A stretch of DNA of 64,000 nt, taken from IMG/VR virus record IMGVR_UViG_3300008110_004617, positions 1 through 64,000 of that record; one strand, 5' to 3'. Shown one piece after another: positions 38,770 through 48,282 of the stretch. Numbering within the stretch: position 1 is the first letter of the stretch; every line of letters begins with the position of its first letter. A program made the position numbers and the translations under genes. The notes under the pieces are model-generated. The model was not told where the DNA came from. It worked only from the letters and a program-made list of their open reading frames with translations, and did not search any database. The stretch comes from a virus (taxonomy: Duplodnaviria > Caudoviricetes).

Positions 38770-40136
38770 ACTTAGCACAATTTCAAATATTACTCCAAAA
38801 AGCAATCGACAGTTCAAGTAATACACTCGATTACCTATTTCTATCAAGAGCAGTCCAAACTCTAGCCGTAGGACAGGTAAGAGAAGTTGCCACATACGCA
38901 AACTTACCTTCAGCTGCATCTAACGAAGGACTGTTAGTATTCGTAACGGCGGATGAAAGGATTTATTGGAGTACTGGAACTGGCTGGTATAATCTTATCG
39001 ATGAAAATAAAGGAATTGCGTATGCATGGGGTGGTGGGGGCAGAGGTAAACTAGGTGATAATACAGAAGTCAATAAATCTTCTCCAGTTTCAGTCATTGG
39101 TAGCTTTACAGACTGGTGTCAAGTAAGCGCCGGTGGTAGTCACAGTATTGGCCTTCGCTCTAACGGAACTGTCTGGGCATGGGGGTGTAGTGCATATGGC
39201 CGCCTCGGTGATAACTGCACTGTTCTACCAAGTTCTTCTGGTAGATCTTCACCAGTATCAGTAGTCGGCGGTTTTACAGACTGGTGTTATGTAAGTGCCG
39301 GGGATGACCACAACTTAGGTGTTCGTACTAATGGAACTGCATGGGGTTGGGGAAACCCGTGCCATGGGGTACTAGGTAACAACTTCAACGGTTCCATTAA
39401 TGTTATTGATGGAACCGGTGGTTTCTCTTCTCCAGTGTCAGTCGTTGGTGGCTTTACAGACTGGTGCCAAGTGAGCGCTGGGGGCAGTCACAGTCTAGGT
39501 GTTCGACGGAACGGGACCGCTTGGGCTTGGGGATGCGGTAGTTACGGTCTTCTTGGCGATGGCACTACAGTATGCAAGTCTTCTCCAGTATTAGTCGTCG
39601 GCGGTTTTACGGACTGGTGTCAGGTAGATGCAGGTGGCGGTCGCAACTTAGGTGTTCGCCAAAATGGAACTGCATGGGGTTGGGGTTGCGGCTCCAATGG
39701 TCGCCTTGGTGACGGAACAACAGTTAATAAATCTTCTCCAGTGTCAGTAGTTGGAGGCTTTACCGACTGGTGTCAGGTTAGCGCTGGGTCCGCTCACAGT
39801 CTAGGTGTTCGTACTAACGGAACCGCTTGGGCGTGGGGAGCGGCTTTCTGCGGGAAACTAGGCGACGGAACAACAGTCAATAAATCTTCGCCAGTATCAG
39901 TCGTCGGTGGGTTCTTTGACTGGTGTCAGGTTAGTGCCGGAGCAAATCATAGTCTAGGTGTTCGCCAGAATGGAACCGCTTGGGCATGGGGAATTGCTGC
40001 TTGCGGCGTTTTAGGATCTGGTGCGCCTGCCAATGCATCTTCTCCAGTATCAGTCGTCGGTGGCTTTACAGACTGGTGTCAAGTAAGCGCTAGCAATTAT
40101 CACAGCTTAGCTCTAAGAAGAACAAATTTCGTATAA
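38766..40136 (+). CDS. RCC1-repeat beta-propeller protein 3
   Basis: Seven repeats; two blades carry loop insertions ('CTVLPSSSGR', 'NFNGSINVIDGTGGF'). Confidence 0.88.
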   Translation: MNLAQFQILLQKAIDSSSNTLDYLFLSRAVQTLAVGQVREVATYANLPSAASNEGLLVFVTADERIYWSTGTGWYNLIDENKGIAYAWGGGGRGKLGDNTEVNKSSPVSVIGSFTDWCQVSAGGSHSIGLRSNGTVWAWGCSAYGRLGDNCTVLPSSSGRSSPVSVVGGFTDWCYVSAGDDHNLGVRTNGTAWGWGNPCHGVLGNNFNGSINVIDGTGGFSSPVSVVGGFTDWCQVSAGGSHSLGVRRNGTAWAWGCGSYGLLGDGTTVCKSSPVLVVGGFTDWCQVDAGGGRNLGVRQNGTAWGWGCGSNGRLGDGTTVNKSSPVSVVGGFTDWCQVSAGSAHSLGVRTNGTAWAWGAAFCGKLGDGTTVNKSSPVSVVGGFFDWCQVSAGANHSLGVRQNGTAWAWGIAACGVLGSGAPANASSPVSVVGGFTDWCQVSASNYHSLALRRTNFV

Positions 40137-40160
40137 TGATAATTACAAAGGAGAAAATAA

Positions 40161-40802
40161 ATGTATGCAGTAGTTTATAACGATAGAGTAATTGTCGGAC
40201 CAATGGATTGGAACCGCGCAATTTTTCAAGGATCTCTAGAAAAAGAAAATGTCACGGCTGGCATTCCTAGAGTAGCGCCAGAAACTCTTCCATATATTAT
40301 TAATGAAGACACAAGAATTGCACTAGTAGAAGAACAGAGACCAGAAATCAATCCTATGGTAGAATACTACTATGGACCACAGTGGGATCTTTCCGGTGAC
40401 AAGGCGGTCGCAGTATATGAAGTAGTAGATACACTAGTTGATTTCGCTCGCGATAATTTTAAAACTAAAGCGGCCGAAGCAAGATGGAAAAAAGAAACAG
40501 CTGGAACGAAAATAAATATACAAGGTACCGAAGTTAGTCTAGATACTAGCCGTGACGGAAGAAATATTTTCATACAGAAGTATTCTATTATGACGGAAGA
40601 AGAAGTTGCAAATTGGAAATTCCCAGAAGGTTGGCTCACTCTTACAAAGAGCGATCTTGGTTCTATTGTTTCTGCCGGTTCGAGTTATATTCAAAGTTGC
40701 TTTGACTGGGAGAAAACAATTAATGATGAAATTAATGCAGCGACATCAAAAGAAGAATTGGTATCTATTGGTGAACAAATAGCGGAACAGATGGTAGAAT
40801 AA
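40161..40802 (+). CDS. DUF4376-like tail fibre assembly/chaperone protein
   Basis: 'AAEARWKKETAG...DTSRD.R...NWKFPEGWLTLT..DL..I......IQSCFDWE'; strong AAGGAG RBS. Confidence 0.6.
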   Translation: MYAVVYNDRVIVGPMDWNRAIFQGSLEKENVTAGIPRVAPETLPYIINEDTRIALVEEQRPEINPMVEYYYGPQWDLSGDKAVAVYEVVDTLVDFARDNFKTKAAEARWKKETAGTKINIQGTEVSLDTSRDGRNIFIQKYSIMTEEEVANWKFPEGWLTLTKSDLGSIVSAGSSYIQSCFDWEKTINDEINAATSKEELVSIGEQIAEQMVE

Positions 40803-40803
40803 T

Positions 40804-42168
40804 ATGCCCCCAATCGATAAACCAGGTTTGGTATCAAAACTAACGACCGTAGTTAATACTGCGTATGAAACCGGGTCATATCTTGTTGAAGACGTATTAG
40901 CAACATCTTTATCTATGACTGCACTGAGTGAGATTAATATTGTCACTGTATCTGACGTACTTTCATTGCCGAATCTTAAATATTACGATTCGCCAAACGC
41001 AATGATCTATTACGTTAACGATATAGACGTATTTGCGGTAAGTTCTAATTTTAAGTGGCTAACACTTGACGGCAGGCTTCTAAGGCAGGATACCACATAC
41101 GGAAAAATTTGGTCTTGGGGAAATAACAATCTTGGCCAACTAGGTGATAGTACAGCAGTTTCTAAATCGTCTCCGGTATCAACTGCACCATCTGGTTGGT
41201 GTCAGTTAAGCGCTGGCGAATGTCATAGTTTGGCCGTCTGTACAAATGGTACAGCATGGGCTTGGGGTTCAAACTTTTTAGGTAAACTTGGTGACAATAC
41301 TGCTGTCACCAAGTCTTCTCCAGTGTCAGTAGTTGGCGGCTTCACAGACTGGTGCCAAGTTAGTGCTGGGAACTATCATAGTCTAGGTGTTCGCACTAAT
41401 GGAACGGCTTGGGCTTGGGGGGCAAACACTTTTGGGCAGCTAGGTGACTGCACTACAGTCGCAAAGTCTTCACCAGTATCAGTAATTAGCGGTATTACAG
41501 GGTGGTGTCGTGTAAGCGCAGGCACACTGTTTAGTATCGGAATTAGAGCAAACGGTGAAGCGTTTGGTTGGGGCAATGCCGGGTCTGGCCGTCTTGGGGA
41601 TGGTACCACAGTTTCTAAATCTTCGCCTGCTCTAATTTCTGGAGGATTTAATAACTGGTGTCAGGTTAGTGCTGGCGGAGGTCATGCACTAGGAGTGCGT
41701 ACCAATTCATCCGTTTGGGCTTGGGGAGGAAACTCTTTCGGTCAACTCGGTGATAACACGGTAGTTTCTAAATCTTCTCCAGTACAAGTAGTCGGTGGTT
41801 TTAATAACTGGCGCGAGGTAAGCGCTGGTGGGTGTCACAGCCTTGGCCGCAGATCTGATGGAACTTTATATGCCTGGGGGAATGGTTGCTGCGGCAACCT
41901 CGGAGACAACTGCACAGTTTCCAGATCATCTCCAGTGTCAGTCTCTGGAGGATTTACAGACTGGTGCCAAGTAAGCGCAGGATGCTGCCATAATATAGGT
42001 GTTAGAACTAATGGCACAGTCTGGGCTTGGGGTGTCGGGACATGTGGTCGTCTAGGAGACAATGCTGTCGCTAATAGATCTTCGCCAGTATCAGTCGTTG
42101 GTGGCTTTACAAGCTGGTGCGCGGTTAGTGCAGGTAACGACCATAGTCTAGGGATAATAAGCTTATGA
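40804..42168 (+). CDS. RCC1-repeat beta-propeller protein 4
   Basis: Seven repeats, more divergent than in the other five genes. Confidence 0.88.
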   Translation: MPPIDKPGLVSKLTTVVNTAYETGSYLVEDVLATSLSMTALSEINIVTVSDVLSLPNLKYYDSPNAMIYYVNDIDVFAVSSNFKWLTLDGRLLRQDTTYGKIWSWGNNNLGQLGDSTAVSKSSPVSTAPSGWCQLSAGECHSLAVCTNGTAWAWGSNFLGKLGDNTAVTKSSPVSVVGGFTDWCQVSAGNYHSLGVRTNGTAWAWGANTFGQLGDCTTVAKSSPVSVISGITGWCRVSAGTLFSIGIRANGEAFGWGNAGSGRLGDGTTVSKSSPALISGGFNNWCQVSAGGGHALGVRTNSSVWAWGGNSFGQLGDNTVVSKSSPVQVVGGFNNWREVSAGGCHSLGRRSDGTLYAWGNGCCGNLGDNCTVSRSSPVSVSGGFTDWCQVSAGCCHNIGVRTNGTVWAWGVGTCGRLGDNAVANRSSPVSVVGGFTSWCAVSAGNDHSLGIISL

Positions 42169-43523
42169 TAAATTCACAAAATCTCGTAAATAAAATTTGT
42201 GCTTGCATAAGCGGGGGCGGGCTTACAGCGTTACAAACTTGCCAAACAAACGGTGCCCTAACTATTCTAAGTAATCCTGTATCTAGCGTAGCAAGTTTTG
42301 CTAACTTGCCAAACGCAGTAACATACGCAGGAAGACTGATATATGTTAATGATGAAAACCGCTATTATCACGCGGTAGACGGATATTGGTTTAATAATCT
42401 CACTAGTGAAGTTTTTAACTATCGCCCAGACATTTATGCTTGGGGATATAATGCCACAGGTGGGCTTGGCGACGGAACCGTAGTCAACAGATCTTCTCCA
42501 GTATCAGTCGTTGGCGGCTTTACAGATTGGTGTAATGTAAGTGCCGGATACCTCCACGGTTTAGGTGTTCGTACTAATGGAACCGCTTGGGCATGGGGTG
42601 GTGGGTCATGCGGGCGTCTCGGTGATAACACATCGGTGAATAAATCTTCTCCAGTATCAGTTGTTGGCGGCTTTACAGACTGGTGTCAAGTGAGCGCTGG
42701 GAACGCTCATAGTCTAGGTGTTCGTACTAATGGAACTGCTTGGGCATGGGGTCCTGGGACATACGGTCGCCTCGGTGACAACAGCACAGTTTCCAGATCA
42801 TCTCCAGTATCAGTTGTTGGCGGCTTTACAGACTGGAGTCAAGTAAGCGCTGGGGGCAGTCACAGTCTAGGTATTCGACGAAATGGAACGACTTGGGCAT
42901 GGGGGAATGGGTCATGCGGGCGTCTCGGTGACGGAACAACAGTTGCTAAATCTTCTCCTGTGTCAGTCGTTGGTGGATTTACAGACTGGTGCCAAGTAAG
43001 CGCTGGGCGCGGCATATTGGGCACTCACAGTCTAGGTGTTCGTACTAATGGAACTGCATGGGCTTGGGGGGATGGAACATGCGGTCGCCTTGGTAATAAT
43101 ACAATAGTCAACAGATCTTCCCCAGTATCAGTCGTTGGCGGCTTTACCGACTGGTGTCAGGTTAGTGCCGGAGCAAATCATAGTCTAGGTGTTCGACAGA
43201 ACGGGACCGCTTGGGCTTGGGGAACTGCATTCTGCGGCGTTCTTGGCGACAACACGATAGTTTCAAAATCTTCTCCAGTGTCAGTCGTCGGCGGGTTCAC
43301 GGACTGGTGTCAAGTAAGCGCAGGCGAAACTCATAATCTAGGATTAAGAACTAATGGAACACTGTGGGCGTGGGGTTCTAACACCCAAGGTCGTCTAGGG
43401 GATAATACTATTACAGCTAAGTCTTCGCCAGTGTCAATCGTAGGTGGACTAACTGGCTGGTGTCAAATAAGCGCTAACCTTTGCTCTAGCATGGCTATTC
43501 GCCAATCACGGAAAGGATTTTAA
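42165..43523 (+). CDS. RCC1-repeat beta-propeller protein 5
   Basis: Seven repeats. Confidence 0.88.
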   Translation: MINSQNLVNKICACISGGGLTALQTCQTNGALTILSNPVSSVASFANLPNAVTYAGRLIYVNDENRYYHAVDGYWFNNLTSEVFNYRPDIYAWGYNATGGLGDGTVVNRSSPVSVVGGFTDWCNVSAGYLHGLGVRTNGTAWAWGGGSCGRLGDNTSVNKSSPVSVVGGFTDWCQVSAGNAHSLGVRTNGTAWAWGPGTYGRLGDNSTVSRSSPVSVVGGFTDWSQVSAGGSHSLGIRRNGTTWAWGNGSCGRLGDGTTVAKSSPVSVVGGFTDWCQVSAGRGILGTHSLGVRTNGTAWAWGDGTCGRLGNNTIVNRSSPVSVVGGFTDWCQVSAGANHSLGVRQNGTAWAWGTAFCGVLGDNTIVSKSSPVSVVGGFTDWCQVSAGETHNLGLRTNGTLWAWGSNTQGRLGDNTITAKSSPVSIVGGLTGWCQISANLCSSMAIRQSRKGF

Positions 43524-44858
43524 ATGGCTACGCAAGATGACATAAACAACTTTACTTCTAGTAATTCTGTCGGATGCTTTTTAAAGCTAGCAGCACAAAC
43601 ATACGTTGATACTACGAATAGAAGTATTTCTGTTGCGACCGTAGACGATCTTCCGGACTTAAGCGGTAATACTATTATACCAGGAACTATATTTTACGTT
43701 GAAAGTTTGGGTGTTCCAGTAATTGCGCAAGTCGGGTGCTGGAGCGGATTGGATAACCGTCAGTTAAGAAGCGATTTTAATACGAATTTAATTTACGCGT
43801 GGGGGTTTCCTACTTCAGGACGCCTAGGTGATAATACTACTGTGTCTAAATCTTCTCCAGTGTTAGTCGCTGGAGGGTTTAATGACTGGCAAGCAGTAAG
43901 CGGCACTGGCTCGCATGCCTTAGGCATACGTTCTAATGGAATCGCTTGGGCTTGGGGTGCTGGTACTTCTGGAGAACTTGGTGATAATACAACAGTTGAT
44001 AAATCTTCTCCAGTGTCAGTCGTTGGTGGCTTTACAGACTGGTGTCAAGTAAGCGGTGGTGGTGTTCACAGTTTGGGTATTCGTACTAATGGAACTGCAT
44101 GGGGTTGGGGCGCAAACACTTTTGGCAATATTGGTGATAACACCGGTGGTGGTAAATCTTCTCCTGTGTCAGTCGTAGGTGGCTTTACAGACTGGTGTCA
44201 AGTGAGCGCTGGGAACGCTCACAGTCTAGGTGTTCGTACTAATGGAACTGCATGGGGTTGGGGATGTAATACTGGCGGTGGACAACTTGGCGACAACACG
44301 ACAGCGACTAAATCATCACCAGTATCGGTTGTTGGCGGCTTTACAGACTGGTGCCAAGTAAGTGCGTCGGTGCACAGTCTAGGTGTTCGCCAAAATGGCA
44401 CCGCCTGGGCTTGGGGGGATGGAGCATGCGGGCGTCTTGGTGATTACACTACAGTTGCTAAATCTTCTCCAGTGTTAGTCGTCGGCGGGTTCACGGACTG
44501 GTGTCAAGTAAGCGCAGCAAGATGCCATAGTCTAGGTGTTCGACAGAACGGGACCGCTTGGGCTTGGGGTCTTGGAACTGACGGCCGTCTCGGTGACAAC
44601 ACTGTAGCTGCCAAATCTTCTCCAGTGTCAGTCGTCGGTGGCTTTACGAACTGGTGTCAGGTGGCTACAGGCTGCACCCACAGCATAGGTGTCCGACAGA
44701 ACGGAACTGTCTGGTCTTGGGGTGACAACACCTTTGGACAACTAGGTCACGGCACTTTGGTTGCTAGATCTTCTCCAGTGTCAGTTGCTGGTGGGTTAAC
44801 CGGCTGGAGTCAAGTTAGCGCAGGCATAGTGTTCAGCACAGCCGTAAGAGCAGTATAG
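43524..44858 (+). CDS. RCC1-repeat beta-propeller protein 6
   Basis: Seven repeats. Confidence 0.88.
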   Translation: MATQDDINNFTSSNSVGCFLKLAAQTYVDTTNRSISVATVDDLPDLSGNTIIPGTIFYVESLGVPVIAQVGCWSGLDNRQLRSDFNTNLIYAWGFPTSGRLGDNTTVSKSSPVLVAGGFNDWQAVSGTGSHALGIRSNGIAWAWGAGTSGELGDNTTVDKSSPVSVVGGFTDWCQVSGGGVHSLGIRTNGTAWGWGANTFGNIGDNTGGGKSSPVSVVGGFTDWCQVSAGNAHSLGVRTNGTAWGWGCNTGGGQLGDNTTATKSSPVSVVGGFTDWCQVSASVHSLGVRQNGTAWAWGDGACGRLGDYTTVAKSSPVLVVGGFTDWCQVSAARCHSLGVRQNGTAWAWGLGTDGRLGDNTVAAKSSPVSVVGGFTNWCQVATGCTHSIGVRQNGTVWSWGDNTFGQLGHGTLVARSSPVSVAGGLTGWSQVSAGIVFSTAVRAV

Positions 44859-44874
44859 CATCATAGTTTTTTTG

Positions 44875-44882
44875 TATAAATA
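44875..44882 (+). promoter_or_regulatory. T4-type late promoter heading the modification-enzyme cluster
   Basis: Exact TATAAATA, intergenic, upstream of ATG 44990. Confidence 0.7.
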
Positions 44883-44989
44883 GAGTAGAAGCTATTAAAC
44901 TCATAGCGTCGCAAAAAGATCTTATATAAAATTTTAGACTTTTTGAGTAATTTTAATATTACAAACTTTTAATATGAAAGGTGATTTAA

Positions 44990-45550
44990 ATGAAGATTAA
45001 TCTTGGCGCTGGTGGAACGAAGCTCGATGGTTTTGTAACTCTAGATTACGACCCGCTTGAAAATCCAGACTATATCGTAGATCTGGAAAAAGACACACTG
45101 CCATTCGAAGATAGCACAGTTGAAGTTGTTATCGCTCATCACATACTCGAACATCTTGGGCCTGGTTATTTCCATTGCCTTAAAGAAATCTATCGAGTCT
45201 GTAAGCATGGAGCGACGATAGACATTCGTGTTCCGCATCATCGGCACGACTACTTCTACGACGACCCAACACATCGTAGACCAATTACTGTTGGTGGTCT
45301 TCTTCTTTTTAGTAAGAAACATAATAAACTATGCAGGGAACAAGGCGCTGCGTCAAGCAGACTCGGTGATTACTTTAAAGTTGACTTTGAGATCCTAGAT
45401 TACAACTATATGCCATCTCAGCAATACCGAGATCAGTTTGTTGGTGAACCGAGAGATGTTGTTGAAAAGTATCTTCGCGAACACAATAACATTATTGAAG
45501 AACTCTGGGTGAATTTAGTGGTGATCAAAGATGAACACGGCGGAAAATAA
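44990..45550 (+). CDS. class I SAM-dependent methyltransferase-like protein (Methyltransf_11-like)
   Basis: 'KINLGAG...GFV.LD', 'LPFEDSTV', 'HILEHL', 'EIYRVCK.G....I.VP', 'DPTH'. Confidence 0.75.
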   Translation: MKINLGAGGTKLDGFVTLDYDPLENPDYIVDLEKDTLPFEDSTVEVVIAHHILEHLGPGYFHCLKEIYRVCKHGATIDIRVPHHRHDYFYDDPTHRRPITVGGLLLFSKKHNKLCREQGAASSRLGDYFKVDFEILDYNYMPSQQYRDQFVGEPRDVVEKYLREHNNIIEELWVNLVVIKDEHGGK

Positions 45551-46880
45551 ATTTAAGATAGAAGATCTAAAACCCGTTGTAATGGATCTTCTATCTCACG
45601 AAAAACGCGAAATCGTATTTGATATTCTTAACATGTATTTTCAAAGAGCAGAGGGTATAGGGGACTTTGATGCTCTTGGATATCTGGCACTAAAAGCAGA
45701 ACACCGCGATTTGTATCTGAAATGTGCAGAAGCTGCATATACGAAGGCCGAAAGTCCTCAACAACTATACATCGCCAGATCAAACCTCTATAAAGCATAT
45801 AACGCAATGAATATGCCGGATGATGCTCTATTCTATATTAATCTAAATCTGATGATCACGCCGGATGACTTTGAGACTCAGACTCAAAAAGCGTTTAATA
45901 TCGCACTCAAGGGAGATAGAACGGCGTCAGAAAAGATACTGTTAGACTTACTTGAAAAACATCCAGAGAAGCGAGAGGACATGAGAAGTGCTCTGTCGGG
46001 TAAAACGCTTCGTGAAGGAAAACTTGCAGAGGGAGTCTTGTCGTTCCTTGGGACGTTTAAGCCAAAGAGTGGCAAGTTTGATGATGCTCTTAAGATGAAG
46101 CGGTGGACCGGAGCAATTCAACCAGGTAAGACTGTCTATATAGAGGGAGAGGGAGGTATAGGTGACGAGATCATCAACATTCGCTTTTTCAAATATCTTA
46201 AAGACTTAGGAATGAGACCAATACTCTACTCGTCGTGGTCTAAGTATCGCGAAGACACCGTGAATATGTTTCGTAGAAATGGGTTTGAAGTAATAACTGA
46301 GTACTATTCAATTGATCGGACACAACTATGGGCACCGATGATGAGTCTTCCAGGGTATCTCAATCTCGACGAATCTAAATTGTGGTATGGTTCGTATCTT
46401 AAACCTTTGAATGATCCAAAGAATAAAATCAATAGCACTAAGTTTAAAATTGGTATCAAGTGTTCAGGAAATCCATACTTTTCGCAAGATGAGTATCGTA
46501 AGATACCAATCGAAAAGATGTTAGAATACTTACCAGAGAACGCAGAGATCTATTACATCGACAAGCAGCCAATAAATAATCCTAGAGTAATAGATCTATC
46601 GTCAAGAATAGAAACTTGGGAAGATACACTCGACTTTATTGAACAGATGGACTGTATCGTAAGTTCGTGCACGAGCTTGGTTCATGCCGCTGGCGCTATC
46701 GGAAAAACATCTTTTGTTGTAGTTCCAATTGCGGAGTATTACATTTGGTCTACTTCCAGTAAGACGTCAAAGTCTCCTTGGTATGGAGATAACTTTCAAG
46801 TACACAAACAGACTAAAGTTCGAAGCTGGGACGAACCTCTGCAATGCGTAAATGAACAACTTTTGAAATTGATTGGATAA
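45531..46880 (+). CDS. TPR-like N-terminus plus GT-B (GT9-like) glycosyltransferase
   Basis: Helical repeats, then 'W.G....GK...EGEGGIGDEI...RF', 'PMMSLP', 'WEDT...I..MD.IVSSCTSLVHAAGAIGK', 'SPWYG'. Confidence 0.7.
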   Translation: MNTAENKFKIEDLKPVVMDLLSHEKREIVFDILNMYFQRAEGIGDFDALGYLALKAEHRDLYLKCAEAAYTKAESPQQLYIARSNLYKAYNAMNMPDDALFYINLNLMITPDDFETQTQKAFNIALKGDRTASEKILLDLLEKHPEKREDMRSALSGKTLREGKLAEGVLSFLGTFKPKSGKFDDALKMKRWTGAIQPGKTVYIEGEGGIGDEIINIRFFKYLKDLGMRPILYSSWSKYREDTVNMFRRNGFEVITEYYSIDRTQLWAPMMSLPGYLNLDESKLWYGSYLKPLNDPKNKINSTKFKIGIKCSGNPYFSQDEYRKIPIEKMLEYLPENAEIYYIDKQPINNPRVIDLSSRIETWEDTLDFIEQMDCIVSSCTSLVHAAGAIGKTSFVVVPIAEYYIWSTSSKTSKSPWYGDNFQVHKQTKVRSWDEPLQCVNEQLLKLIG

Positions 46881-46882
46881 TT

Positions 46883-47659
46883 ATGAACAAAACATATCAC
46901 TTCATAACAGGTCTGCCTCGGTCGGGTTCAACTCTGTTATCATCTATACTTCGTCAGAACCCAAGGTTTCACGCTTCAATTACTGACCCACTGGCAAGTC
47001 TAGTTAAGGGAGTTATTGAACATAGTCAAGACGCTCCTGGAATGAAATCTGAAGTTCCTGTTGAACGCAGAAAGAACCTTGTGCGGCATTTATTCGAAGG
47101 TTACTACGAAGACGTCGATAGGCCAGTAGTATTCAATACAAATAGAGCATGGACATACCTAACAAATGTTACTCGTGATCTCTATCCAAAATCAAAATAC
47201 ATAGTTTGTGTAAGGGATTTGAATTGGGTAATAGACAGCTTTGAGTCTGCCCATCGCAGAAATCCATTCTCCACAAACACGGTGACTGGTGGCGTAGGAA
47301 GTTCAGTGTATCAACGAGTAGATAGTCTTATGAAGGAAGACGGGGTTGTAGGTTTTCCATACGTTGGAATTAAGCAGGCTCTTACTGGTCATGATCAGCC
47401 ACTTCTGTTCTTATTAGAATACGACTTGTTGTGCAAGCAGCCAAAAGAAATGATGAAAGCTCTTTACAACTTCATAGAAGAACCTTATTTTGAACATGAT
47501 TTTAATAATGTAGAAGCTTCTTGGGATGAGTACGACGCAGAGATTGGTATTAAACTTCACGACGTTCGTAAGAAAGTTGAATTCCGCGAAAGAAAGTTTA
47601 TACTTCCACCAGATATCCTTAATAAGCACGCAAATATGGAATTTTGGCGACAACTATGA
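46883..47659 (+). CDS. sulfotransferase family protein
   Basis: PAPS-binding 5'-PSB loop 'FITGLPRSGSTLL..IL.QNP'; 3'-PB 'IVCVRD...VIDSFE'. Confidence 0.82.
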   Translation: MNKTYHFITGLPRSGSTLLSSILRQNPRFHASITDPLASLVKGVIEHSQDAPGMKSEVPVERRKNLVRHLFEGYYEDVDRPVVFNTNRAWTYLTNVTRDLYPKSKYIVCVRDLNWVIDSFESAHRRNPFSTNTVTGGVGSSVYQRVDSLMKEDGVVGFPYVGIKQALTGHDQPLLFLLEYDLLCKQPKEMMKALYNFIEEPYFEHDFNNVEASWDEYDAEIGIKLHDVRKKVEFRERKFILPPDILNKHANMEFWRQL

Positions 47660-48282
47660 CTATAATAAAAAGAGAAGATGGTTTATATTGGCCAGAAATC
47701 GATGTCGATTCTTGCTATACATGGACTAATGTTGAATTATACACCGTAGATTCAATAGTAGGATCTCTTAAGAATAAGCGCACAATAATTCACGCGGGTG
47801 GAAACGTTGGAGCATACACTTTAAAATTTGCCGAAGCATTCGAGACAGTTTATGTGTTTGAACCGGATGTTACAAACTTCAAGTGTCTATGCATGAATAC
47901 TGCAGATCATGAAAACGTATTTCAGTTTAGAGCAGCACTAGGTAGTAAGGCATCGCAAGTTTCTATCACTAATGACACTCCAGAAAATTGCGGTACGTTT
48001 CGTGTAAAGGAAGATGGAAACATTCCTGTAATAACGATAGACAGTCTTGGATTGACAGACATAGATTGTATACATTTAGATGTTGAAGGTTACGAAATGA
48101 ATGCATTACTCGGAGCAGAGAACACTATAAAACTGCATCGTCCATTAATTGTAGTAGAATGGCTGGATCACGGTAAAAATTATGGTTGGGATAAAAAAGA
48201 TATTATGAACTTTCTGCTTGATATGGGATATAATCAAATGAAACAAATCGGTTCTGATATGATGTTTAAAAATGAAAATTGA
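47656..48282 (+). CDS. FkbM-family methyltransferase
   Basis: 'IHAGGNVGAY', 'VYVFEP...NF.CL..N', 'IHLDVEGYE..AL.GA..TI....P.IVVE'. Confidence 0.85.
   Translation: MTIIKREDGLYWPEIDVDSCYTWTNVELYTVDSIVGSLKNKRTIIHAGGNVGAYTLKFAEAFETVYVFEPDVTNFKCLCMNTADHENVFQFRAALGSKASQVSITNDTPENCGTFRVKEDGNIPVITIDSLGLTDIDCIHLDVEGYEMNALLGAENTIKLHRPLIVVEWLDHGKNYGWDKKDIMNFLLDMGYNQMKQIGSDMMFKNEN

Noticed and set aside
36400-44830. Regularly spaced repeats with variable intervals resembling a CRISPR array
   Set aside because: The period is about 153 nt, in frame within long ORFs, with synonymous variation: these are coding RCC1 blades. No cas genes or leader are present.
36105-44858. Diversity-generating retroelement acting on the RCC1 genes
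   Set aside because: No reverse transcriptase or non-coding template repeat in the window, and differences between copies do not look restricted to adenines. An RT elsewhere in the genome cannot be excluded.
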